Shown here: in pieces, positions 29,678 to 38,107 of the stretch
How positions within the stretch are numbered: the stretch's first letter is position 1
How the letters are laid out: the number at the start of each line of letters is the position of its first letter
Source of the DNA: a virus
Strand: one strand, 5' to 3'
Length of the DNA stretch: 64,000 nt
IMG/VR virus record: IMGVR_UViG_3300049846_002130
Span: 64,001-128,000 of that record
The notes under the pieces: model-generated
Databases searched by the model: none
What the model was told of the DNA's origin: nothing
Seen by the model: the letters and a program-made list of their open reading frames with translations, nothing else
Program-made: the position numbers and the translations under genes

Positions 29678-29976
29678 TCTGGTATCTCACTACACTGCAG
29701 GAGTACCTCGTGCATTATTTGTTTCTGACATAGTTCGAATACAATTTTGATTAATCTTTTGGGATCCGATTGAAACTGGTAAGTAAGCATATACTTCGAT
29801 ATAGGTGTTTTTATTCTTGCTTCTGTTGCTTTTTTACCACTACGGTATTTGAATGCTACTTCAAGATAATATGTTTCATTAAGTAGGTCTTCTGTTATAG
29901 AGTATCTAAGTCTATTTTTAAGGATATATTTGAACTTAAATGTCTTTAGATATTCTTGAATTTCTTCTAGTGTCAT
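29674..29976 (-). CDS. Hypothetical protein
   Basis: 100 aa ORF with an upstream GGAG. Confidence 0.5.
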   Translation of the reverse strand: MTLEEIQEYLKTFKFKYILKNRLRYSITEDLLNETYYLEVAFKYRSGKKATEARIKTPISKYMLTYQFQSDPKRLIKIVFELCQKQIMHEVLLQCSEIPE

Positions 29977-29988
29977 ATGTCTCCATAA

Positions 29989-30019
29989 AATAGGCCACCA
30001 GTGTTACTGGTGGCCTATT
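29989..30019 (-). terminator. Intrinsic terminator
   Basis: 14-bp perfect stem aataggccaccagt/actggtggcctatt followed by a T run on the - strand. Confidence 0.75.
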
Positions 30020-30037
30020 AGCACATCTGTTAGTAGA

Positions 30038-30409
30038 TTATTCTCTAACTTTTAGAACCTCAGTTTCATCAATCGCTACTTTGTTGGCAGCCATTAGCTT
30101 AAAGAGCCCCTTAAGAGCCTCTCTTTCACCTAAGTACTTTTCCGATACACTTTCTAGAAGGGTTTCTAGAGTATCGTGGCCGGCTTTAATGTCTTCAAGA
30201 AGTAGCTCTTGAACTTCTTTAGCTAGCTCAAGCTCCTCTGCCTTAGCTGCAATTGGTAAACCTAGAAAGCTATTAGGAGCTACAAGAATATAAACAGTTG
30301 ATTCTTGAGTAATAGAGATCTCAACTACTTCTAGTTTAGGTATTCTGCAGATAGATTTATCTTTGAAAGAAACAACATCTCCAATTTTAAAGTCGGTTGT
30401 ATATGTCAT
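30038..30409 (-). CDS. Hypothetical protein (SH3-like N-terminus)
   Basis: FKIGDVVSFK pattern; strong AAGGAGG RBS. Confidence 0.5.
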   Translation of the reverse strand: MTYTTDFKIGDVVSFKDKSICRIPKLEVVEISITQESTVYILVAPNSFLGLPIAAKAEELELAKEVQELLLEDIKAGHDTLETLLESVSEKYLGEREALKGLFKLMAANKVAIDETEVLKVRE

Positions 30410-30458
30410 TGATCTCCTCCTTATTGTTTTGTGACAATGGGTTTAGCTTAGTTTTTAT

Positions 30459-30668
30459 CTAAGCTCCATCGTCTTCTCTATCATTATTAATAAATTGTAT
30501 TTCTTCTGGTAGGTCTATATCAATAAGTTGACCTGACAAATAAGCCAAAAAGAATTTAGCAACCCTTTTTGAATCCGGGGTTAATGTGTTCTTAAGTGAT
30601 ACAAGTTCTTGTTTATAAAACCTTGCGAGACGTCGAGCTAGATATAGCTCTGTTTCTGTGAGTGTCAT
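30459..30668 (-). CDS. Hypothetical protein
   Basis: 69 aa, ATGA-coupled. Confidence 0.45.
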   Translation of the reverse strand: MTLTETELYLARRLARFYKQELVSLKNTLTPDSKRVAKFFLAYLSGQLIDIDLPEEIQFINNDREDDGA

Positions 30669-30874
30669 CTTTTTCCTGTAATAAATTGTATTGGCGATAT
30701 TTGAAAAAAGAATTCGGGATCTTCTTTAATTTGTAAATCTTTTTTAGACGGGAAGGTCCAGTGTTGGGTAATTGGATCCCAGGAGCAGCCCACCATCTTG
30801 TTGTTAAAGATGGTGGGCCATCGACCAATACCGCTAATAGCTATATCTTTAGAAATCTTTATCATCTTCGTCAT
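30665..30874 (-). CDS. Hypothetical protein
   Basis: 69 aa, coupled to the primase-helicase end. Confidence 0.45.
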   Translation of the reverse strand: MTKMIKISKDIAISGIGRWPTIFNNKMVGCSWDPITQHWTFPSKKDLQIKEDPEFFFQISPIQFITGKR

Positions 30875-33356
30875 TATAGTCAGTATCTATTTCTAGACCT
30901 GAACTTATAGCTCTGGGTATAAAGCTACGACTGGGTTCTGTGCTAGGTGCACCATACTCAATTTCTCTAATTGCTTGCTGCATAGTGATTTGTTTTAGGG
31001 TGGTGGTGTCCGGATCTAGATCAACAGCCAATTTATCTTTGAAGGAACTAATCTTGTTCTTAGATATATCAAGAGCAAGTCTTGGTAGCTTCTTTTCTGG
31101 ATGCATTGGGTTAGACCAGAAAATTTCACAATTCTCTTTTCTATCGTTATGATCGTTATAAACATGAATGATTACATCGGCTTTATATTTTAGGCCTCTG
31201 GAATCAGCAATGTCATCATTGGATGGCCATTTAATCTTGCCAGTATCTAGTCCCTGACTGTTCTTTCTATACTCTACGGTAGCCCACATAGCACATTTAT
31301 ATTTAATACCTAGATTCTTTTGAGTCAAAGAAATTAGTTTCATGCGCTGTGTTTGGTCTAGATTAGGATGGTCGGTATAGTCATGAGTATTATCTGCGAC
31401 ACAAAGTAACTTTTTATTTGGATACTTCATTCTCAGATAACGTAATTGCTTTTCAATTACAGATAGGGTTGTCCCATCTTCGCCATCCATAACAATTATT
31501 TTCTCACTAGCTATTAGATTCCTCATGACTAAAGCAGCTGTTTTGTATAGAGCAGATATCTCTGGGTCAGTAATTAGCGTAGGATTGTTAGCATCATAAA
31601 TAGAAAGCTTTTGTTTTTGATGTTGTAAGAAAGCAAAGTTGGTTAAGAATCTACCTTCTAGTTTCTTATAATTATCATCAATAAAATGAAAGAGAACAAC
31701 TACGTCTGGATCACTAAATGCGATATCACAAGCTAGTGCAATCATGGTCGCGGTCTTACCAGCATTTTCGCGCCCACCAAAATAGAAGAGTGAGCCTTCT
31801 GTCCACGGTAGGCCCTTAGCAAATGCATCGGCAAAGAATGTGTAATATCCAAATTGGAATGCATTAAACTTAGCGTTGGCTTCAGTCTTAGCATTTTGTA
31901 ATGCTTCGAACCTTTGAAGTTGATAATTAACACCCATTGTAGACTTAGCGTATTCAAGTTCTATTTGTTGAACTTCTTTCTCGTGGATAGACATAAGAGC
32001 ACTGACACTAGCAGGATCCTGCTCAGCTTGTGCTTTATACTTATCTATTGAATTTAGGATACGCTCACGCTGCTGCTCATAAGATTGATTACGTATACGC
32101 TCAACATCTGAAATAATTGCAGCTTCACTGATACCTGTTAACTTAGAAAGCTGAAGTACTTGTTTTTCTCTCATCATAGCTACGGGTGTGCTTGCTATTA
32201 TTGGAATTATCTTGGCATTGATATCATCAATAGACTTAAGGTTTGTATTTGAACAAATGTAAGTAAACGAGTCTACTACTTTAAGCTCTCCTAGAGCTGG
32301 ACCTATCTTCTCATCCTCTAACTTAGAGAGATATTCATCTAAGTCTTTATATGTATTAGTAGAATCTAGAACTATATATATATTAAATCCAACAATCTTT
32401 TTAGATTGAATTGTTTTCAATACACGTTCAATGCCTTGTTGACCTGCAGTGTCCCAATCTAGACACAAATATAAATTTCTAATTCCAAGATCTTTTAGTA
32501 TATAAAGATGTTGGTCAGTAATTGCTGTGCCAACACAGGCAACGACGTTTGTTTTCCCACCTCTAAGAAGTTGGTTTCTCTCTCCGATTCCCTCGACAAT
32601 CCATAATCCGCTCTGTTTTGCACTCTTGCTCGCAAGATCGATACCTAATAAAGATTGGCTTTTATTAAAAATAAGTGATTCGGTAGAGTGCACATATTTT
32701 GGCTCTCCATCGTCTAGTCTTCTAGATACAAAGGCTATTGGACGTCTACGGACATCTTTAATAACGGTTGTTACGTAAGACTTGCCGATAAATGGATAGA
32801 ACCCGCTAACGTTTTGTTTTCCGATTAGTCCAGTGCGCTCGATAAAATCTAAATCCCAGCCTTTTGTAGCCAGGAATTTAAGTAACTCGTCTGTATTTAC
32901 GGAATAACAAGACTCATATTCATTTAGCCATTTTCGCTGTGTAATATAGTTCTTTGCTTCGTTGGCAGGGTGGACAATAAAGGCTTCGATATCTCCCGCT
33001 AACTTATAATATTCAGTCTTTAGCCTTGCTGTTGGAGATGGCTCTCCAATAGAAACACTAATTCCAAGTTGGGCTGCTAGAGCAGGAATAGTTTCTGTTA
33101 TCCACTCTCGCCCTTCTGTTGGTAGGTTCTCAATAATGTGGGCAGCGGAAAATATATCTAAGTTGGCACCACACCCAAAACAATGTGCGGTTTGTAGTTC
33201 TGTCTTAGGATTAATATGCATTGAGGGGCTGCGCTCTTCATGCACAAGACATTTAAATTTCTTTTTCCCTGGTTCTAGTTTGTTGTGAAGTATTAAATAG
33301 TCTTCTAATTTACTTTTTAATAAAGTTACAACATCTTCTAGTTCTGTTAAGTACAA
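30849..33356 (-). CDS. Fused DNA primase-helicase (CHC2 Zn finger, TOPRIM, SF4 helicase)
   Basis: CLVHEERSPS...CFGC; WIVEG and CLDWDTAG TOPRIM motifs; Walker A GRENAGKT; DSRGLKYKAD. Confidence 0.93.
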   Translation of the reverse strand: MYLTELEDVVTLLKSKLEDYLILHNKLEPGKKKFKCLVHEERSPSMHINPKTELQTAHCFGCGANLDIFSAAHIIENLPTEGREWITETIPALAAQLGISVSIGEPSPTARLKTEYYKLAGDIEAFIVHPANEAKNYITQRKWLNEYESCYSVNTDELLKFLATKGWDLDFIERTGLIGKQNVSGFYPFIGKSYVTTVIKDVRRRPIAFVSRRLDDGEPKYVHSTESLIFNKSQSLLGIDLASKSAKQSGLWIVEGIGERNQLLRGGKTNVVACVGTAITDQHLYILKDLGIRNLYLCLDWDTAGQQGIERVLKTIQSKKIVGFNIYIVLDSTNTYKDLDEYLSKLEDEKIGPALGELKVVDSFTYICSNTNLKSIDDINAKIIPIIASTPVAMMREKQVLQLSKLTGISEAAIISDVERIRNQSYEQQRERILNSIDKYKAQAEQDPASVSALMSIHEKEVQQIELEYAKSTMGVNYQLQRFEALQNAKTEANAKFNAFQFGYYTFFADAFAKGLPWTEGSLFYFGGRENAGKTATMIALACDIAFSDPDVVVLFHFIDDNYKKLEGRFLTNFAFLQHQKQKLSIYDANNPTLITDPEISALYKTAALVMRNLIASEKIIVMDGEDGTTLSVIEKQLRYLRMKYPNKKLLCVADNTHDYTDHPNLDQTQRMKLISLTQKNLGIKYKCAMWATVEYRKNSQGLDTGKIKWPSNDDIADSRGLKYKADVIIHVYNDHNDRKENCEIFWSNPMHPEKKLPRLALDISKNKISSFKDKLAVDLDPDTTTLKQITMQQAIREIEYGAPSTEPSRSFIPRAISSGLEIDTDYNDEDDKDF

Positions 33357-33357
33357 T

Positions 33358-34230
33358 CTATCTCCATTTAGTAATTGGAATCATTAGACTTGGTATTGCT
33401 GTGTAGTTTGTCTGTACTACTTCTAAACAATTAAGTACTGCAAATTGTATTGCGTCACAGATTGTTAAGTAGTCAATTTCTTTTACTTTAGATTGTGTTA
33501 GGTATGTAGCAATTGCTGCAGTAAAACAATCTCCCGCCCCTGTGGCATCTACTACTTTTACTGCAGGTACATGAGTAATTACAACAGTGTTTTGACTTGC
33601 ATCTAGAAGACGTATTGCTTCTGGTCCATTTGTATGGATAGTCCAGTCGAATTTTCTACCGTAATTTTCATCATATTCTTGACCTGTAGCATGCCATATG
33701 GTTGTGTCTGCAATAGCCAAGAGTTTATCGGGTACAGAACGATATCTGGAGTCTACTATGGTAGCAGTTATTTTCTTTTTAGAAATAAGATTAGTCCAGT
33801 GTGGGTTGCTAACTAATCTTTCTAGTGCACCTTTATTGTAATCGGATATAGCCAGAACTACTTCGTCTGTTGGTGAGAATGTCTGAATAGCTGAACAAAG
33901 ATTATTATGGTATTGGTCTATATAAGTTTCCCAATCCGACAGTCTTTCTAGAATTGAGAACTTATAATCCCATGGACTATATCGGATTCTCTTAAGCATC
34001 AAGCTTGCATTTCTAGCATCTGATAAAAACATCTGACTGAGGTAGTCAACATTAAGTGAGTTTTCAAATCCATTGAATCCTTCTAGCTTAGATACATACC
34101 TTAGAGTGGCGGTAGCCCCGCCGTCAAATGACTTAGAATCTACTAGCTCATAATGTTTTTTTAATTCTCTATATTCTTGGTGCATATCAATCAAGAAATC
34201 ACCAAGCACACCTACTACTTTGTTTTGCAT
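33358..34230 (-). CDS. PfkB-family sugar kinase, HldE domain I / HldA-like
   Basis: VGVLGDFLIDM, GGA, ISDYNKGAL, VVDATGAGDCFTA. Confidence 0.85.
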   Translation of the reverse strand: MQNKVVGVLGDFLIDMHQEYRELKKHYELVDSKSFDGGATATLRYVSKLEGFNGFENSLNVDYLSQMFLSDARNASLMLKRIRYSPWDYKFSILERLSDWETYIDQYHNNLCSAIQTFSPTDEVVLAISDYNKGALERLVSNPHWTNLISKKKITATIVDSRYRSVPDKLLAIADTTIWHATGQEYDENYGRKFDWTIHTNGPEAIRLLDASQNTVVITHVPAVKVVDATGAGDCFTAAIATYLTQSKVKEIDYLTICDAIQFAVLNCLEVVQTNYTAIPSLMIPITKWR

Positions 34231-35264
34231 TAAAGCCTCGTTGTTAATCCGTGTGGTTGAGCCTCTATAGCTCCATTAGCTGTAATTTTAATCCATTTTG
34301 TATTTTTATATATTTTTCTAGAGTCTTTAATATTCAAATAGGTGCAGGCTGATCTTAATCCGCCCTCAAACTTTTCAACTATTGATCTTACAGTTGTTCC
34401 ATCCCACATCGTTTCTGGATGTGAAACTCCTTCTGGACATGAGTTAATTTTTGAGTATTGGTCTTGTTGAAACTCAGCAGATGCCTGACCCCTATAAGAT
34501 TTGTAAAGCTTCCCGTCTCTTGGCATCCAGCCAGCAGCCTCTCTTGCCTTAGAAAAAACACTACCAAGCATAGCCCCGTCCGCGCCCAAGGCAAGGTACT
34601 TGACAACATCACCTGGATAACGAATACCACCATCAGCTATTAAGATAATATCCGAGGCAGACGCACTATCTAGAAAGCTTCTAATTTGAAATACAGCATA
34701 GGCATTGGGAACACCAACCCCAGTCATAAGTCTAGTTGTACACCCCGCCCCAGGACCAACTCCTACACGCAGATGTGTTGCACCTGCATTGACACAAGAC
34801 CTTGCTTGCTCGGCAGTACAAATAGAACCTGACATTATGTTCTTGAAGCCAAAGCGCTTCCATTTCTCAATAGCTTTTAATGCTTGGGTTGTAGTTCCGT
34901 TAGCAACATCAATTGCTATCCCAAACTTTTCTAGATCAATATTGGTAACCTTATGAAGGGGTAACGAGAACTTACCATCTAGTCCGGTGGCAAAGAAGAC
35001 TGGCTCTGATGCTGTGCCAATCTCATTAGCTAGTTTTACTGTCTTAATAATTTCTTCTCTAGGTATAAACCTACTAACAACAGGGTTGTGTCCGTACTTT
35101 ATAAGCACAGCTGTCATTGAAGAGCCTGTTACTGTATCCATAGGAGCCGACCACAAGAAATTATGGGTTCTAACATCTTGTCTGCTGTTGACATTACTAG
35201 GAACTGGAATCAAAGTAATATCGTCAACTGTAAATGCTGGTCCACTTGTATATGTTGAAATCAT
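34230..35264 (-). CDS. IMP dehydrogenase / GMP reductase family
   Basis: SAPMDTVT, RVGVGPGAGCTTR, IADGGIRYPGDVVKYLALGAD, YRGQAS; start moved to the ATG at 35264 (GAGG RBS, ATGA overlap). Confidence 0.93.
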   Translation of the reverse strand: MISTYTSGPAFTVDDITLIPVPSNVNSRQDVRTHNFLWSAPMDTVTGSSMTAVLIKYGHNPVVSRFIPREEIIKTVKLANEIGTASEPVFFATGLDGKFSLPLHKVTNIDLEKFGIAIDVANGTTTQALKAIEKWKRFGFKNIMSGSICTAEQARSCVNAGATHLRVGVGPGAGCTTRLMTGVGVPNAYAVFQIRSFLDSASASDIILIADGGIRYPGDVVKYLALGADGAMLGSVFSKAREAAGWMPRDGKLYKSYRGQASAEFQQDQYSKINSCPEGVSHPETMWDGTTVRSIVEKFEGGLRSACTYLNIKDSRKIYKNTKWIKITANGAIEAQPHGLTTRL

Positions 35265-35563
35265 CTGTAAACCTCTGTCGCTCTTTTCTTTAAAATCTTT
35301 AAGCCATTGTCCATATAGCATTCGTAGACATAGCCAATTTTAATATGGTCGATCTCATGTCCACTCAAGCCAAGTATTAGTTGTGGGAAGTCCATCAATA
35401 TTTCTGATGCATCTTCTAGGTTTAAATATGGACCAGCAGACAAAATTGAAGCTCCATTCGGAGCTTCAATTTCTAACTTAATTATAAAAAAGGTGTCTAA
35501 AGAATTTGTTTCTTGTTCTCGTCGTAGCAAACATTTCTCCACGAACAATTGGCACATCTCCAA
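35261..35563 (-). CDS. Hypothetical protein
   Basis: ORF fills the gap between the nuclease and IMPDH genes; start uncertain. Confidence 0.4.
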   Translation of the reverse strand: MEMCQLFVEKCLLRREQETNSLDTFFIIKLEIEAPNGASILSAGPYLNLEDASEILMDFPQLILGLSGHEIDHIKIGYVYECYMDNGLKILKKRATEVYR

Positions 35564-36543
35564 TCGCCCAGTTCAAGTTCTTTCAATTCCTTTTTGGTTT
35601 TCTTACCACTAGAGGCTAACTCTATGTTTTCTTGCTTACGGTCTTCTATCTTTTCAAAAGCTTCTTTATTAGTTTTTGAAAGCTCACCAGCCTCATTGAG
35701 GCGCTGAATATAATCAGAACTATATTGGAGTTGATAATCTGCAGCAGGAATAACAAATTCATTAAAGGCATTCTGAACATAGGCATATTGATCAAGAATA
35801 TTTTCTATCGTTATTGGGGACCTTTCAATAGCTGTTACTATTGGTGATATACCTTTAAAGTATATTTTATGTTCTGAACCTTCAAGTTTGGTTTCAACTA
35901 AGTACTCGGAGAATACACCGGTATCTCTAGCTCCATAAAATAGTCTTTGCTTAAAGTCTTTAATAGACTTCTTTAGGTGCCATTCATAAAGAGCGGCCTG
36001 CATTAGATTACTATCGCGAGGCTTACCTAACTTACCAGTTTTCTTACTGGTTGTTGAACCCAAGACATCTTTTGCTTGGTGGCCATAAACACTTTTAATT
36101 TCTATACCATTAAGGGTTTCATTATTGGGGTCAATAACAATTAAGTCTAGTTTACCAACAAGATTGACTGATGGAATAATTACTTGTGTTTGGGCCTCAA
36201 TAAAGACACCAGACTCTTTTGCTTGCTCAACAATAAAGTCTTCGAATAGGTTACCAGCTGCCCAAATCCACTGCATATATCTATCTGTCGGGAGCTTACT
36301 AACGTTAAGTTTTTCTACTAGGGATTTATATGCGCTATTCTTTTTAGGATCGTAAGTGTAGTTTGTTATTGCAAATCTAAAGAATGTAGCTCGTCTACAA
36401 GCTCCAGTTACACTTGGTTCATTTAAGACAGAGTTAACAACTGCAGACGCTTCGCTTGGCCACAAGGCTGGGGGACGAATATCTCCTAGTCTTGGCCTTT
36501 CAAAGTGTGAGCTTATATGGCTTGCTAGGCTCCAATTACTCAT
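35497..36543 (-). CDS. Cas4/AddB-like PD-(D/E)XK exonuclease with Fe-S Cys motif
   Basis: LWPS..S, GACRR, GNLFE, GKLDLI, IEIKS, QAALY, CANCSWRNVC. Confidence 0.85.
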   Translation of the reverse strand: MSNWSLASHISSHFERPRLGDIRPPALWPSEASAVVNSVLNEPSVTGACRRATFFRFAITNYTYDPKKNSAYKSLVEKLNVSKLPTDRYMQWIWAAGNLFEDFIVEQAKESGVFIEAQTQVIIPSVNLVGKLDLIVIDPNNETLNGIEIKSVYGHQAKDVLGSTTSKKTGKLGKPRDSNLMQAALYEWHLKKSIKDFKQRLFYGARDTGVFSEYLVETKLEGSEHKIYFKGISPIVTAIERSPITIENILDQYAYVQNAFNEFVIPAADYQLQYSSDYIQRLNEAGELSKTNKEAFEKIEDRKQENIELASSGKKTKKELKELELGDWRCANCSWRNVCYDENKKQIL

Positions 36544-36832
36544 CTAGTTTTACTTCAGATTCAGCACCAGAAGTCATCTTTTCGAGACTTTCTTTCTTCA
36601 GTCTCTCTACTTCGTCAAGAATCTCTTTCTGGCGACTAGTAGCGTATTCCTCAAACTTATCCAAATCAATTTGGATTAGTGGGTTGCCGCTAGCATCTTT
36701 AGCCATAACAATATGATCTAGCATGAATTCAATAAGCATTGAGGCTGTAAACATTTGCTCACCAAGTCTCTGTAGCTTTAGCTCATGAGCTTGGAGTACC
36801 CGCATTAGGGTTTCATCAATTTCGGGTTTCAT
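36536..36832 (-). CDS. Hypothetical protein
   Basis: 98 aa helical, coupled. Confidence 0.5.
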   Translation of the reverse strand: MKPEIDETLMRVLQAHELKLQRLGEQMFTASMLIEFMLDHIVMAKDASGNPLIQIDLDKFEEYATSRQKEILDEVERLKKESLEKMTSGAESEVKLDE

Positions 36833-37017
36833 TAGTTCTCCTTATAGTAAACAATAGTTTTAATAACACTTGACGAGTATGCAGATGTAACCTGACCAAG
36901 AATATTAATTCTATCTTTATTTTGTTCTAGCCATTTATCCATACGGTAATTTTCGTTACTATTGGGCTTATGATAAAAAGTTTTTGATAGGGTTTCGCTA
37001 GTCATTTTCCACCTCAA
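36832..37017 (-). CDS. Hypothetical protein
   Basis: 61 aa, coupled. Confidence 0.4.
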   Translation of the reverse strand: MRWKMTSETLSKTFYHKPNSNENYRMDKWLEQNKDRINILGQVTSAYSSSVIKTIVYYKEN

Positions 37018-38107
37018 AATCTAATTTGTTAGCTGGTAGCAGCTGACCACAGTATACAAAGTTTGACCTATTAAAGTCAGTATTACCTTCTTTGTCTTGA
37101 TAAATAACAGCATAGCCATTAATTGAATTGCCATTAATTATTTCTCTTGGCTGCCATGCGTAAGACATATAGTCTGCCATACAACCTTGTTCGATTAGTA
37201 AAAGAGAGTAGGCTATATGTTTACTAACTTTATGAGTATGGCCGCATACGATGGAATCAAAACTTCCTCTAGGAAGTCTTTCTAGAAACTTCTTTGCCCA
37301 GACATCTACTGTGAATCCGGGTTTGGAGCTTCCACGGTTATGAGGATGAACAAAGAGTGTTTTGCCTATTTTAATCCACCAAGACTCATGTTCTTGATAG
37401 TGAACATTTTTAAAGTTTAGTTTTTCGACTAGTTGGCCTTGTCTATTAAGACGCTCACCATTTGCGATTCTAGCAATAAGATCTGTTTCAAAGACAGTGA
37501 GAGCAGCTTGATTTATAGGCGCTTTCTTTAATAAGGAAGAGGTTCTGACATCGTGGTTACCACTAATCAGTATAACCTTAGGAAAGGTTTTTGAACAGTG
37601 CTCTATAAAATCAAATGCAGCCATATATTCTTCTATCGCTGCAATATCTTTATCCTTTTCAAATCTTGATGCTGCATAGCCATCTAAGATATCTCCATTT
37701 AAAACAATGATATCTGCATCTGCATGCTCCTTTAAGGCATGTCTTAGATGATCTTCTCTTGCTAAGGGAAAGTGGATATCAGATAAAGAAAGTATTTTTC
37801 TGCTAGAGGAGTTAACTAAGCCAACATCTGAGAATGAACTTTTATCTCCATGACGTTCTCTAGCTTTTTTTAGCTTGTCCCATGGACTAGCTGAGTTGTT
37901 GGTTGGTAGCTTTTGTTCTTTTCGTTTGTCGATACGTCTTAGTTTTCTTTCAATAGCTTCTGGGCTTCGAAGACTAATATTTGGTTTAGGAGTTGTATTA
38001 AGCTTTTTTTGAAAATAGCTAGCAACTTCTAAATAGCTTAGCCCTTCAGCTATTAGCTCTAATAAGAGCTGCTCTTCTGTATCTGACCACTTATTGGGAT
38101 TCGTCAT
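36998..38107 (-). CDS. Calcineurin-like metallophosphoesterase with N-terminal HTH
   Basis: SDIH, NGDILD, GNHD, HPH, GHTH; N-terminal KWSDTEEQLL Myb-like helix. Confidence 0.88.
   Translation of the reverse strand: MTNPNKWSDTEEQLLLELIAEGLSYLEVASYFQKKLNTTPKPNISLRSPEAIERKLRRIDKRKEQKLPTNNSASPWDKLKKARERHGDKSSFSDVGLVNSSSRKILSLSDIHFPLAREDHLRHALKEHADADIIVLNGDILDGYAASRFEKDKDIAAIEEYMAAFDFIEHCSKTFPKVILISGNHDVRTSSLLKKAPINQAALTVFETDLIARIANGERLNRQGQLVEKLNFKNVHYQEHESWWIKIGKTLFVHPHNRGSSKPGFTVDVWAKKFLERLPRGSFDSIVCGHTHKVSKHIAYSLLLIEQGCMADYMSYAWQPREIINGNSINGYAVIYQDKEGNTDFNRSNFVYCGQLLPANKLDFEVEND

Noticed and set aside
35497-36543. Cas4-like gene as part of a CRISPR-Cas locus
   Set aside because: No repeat-spacer array or other cas genes; stand-alone Cas4-like nucleases are common phage recombination enzymes
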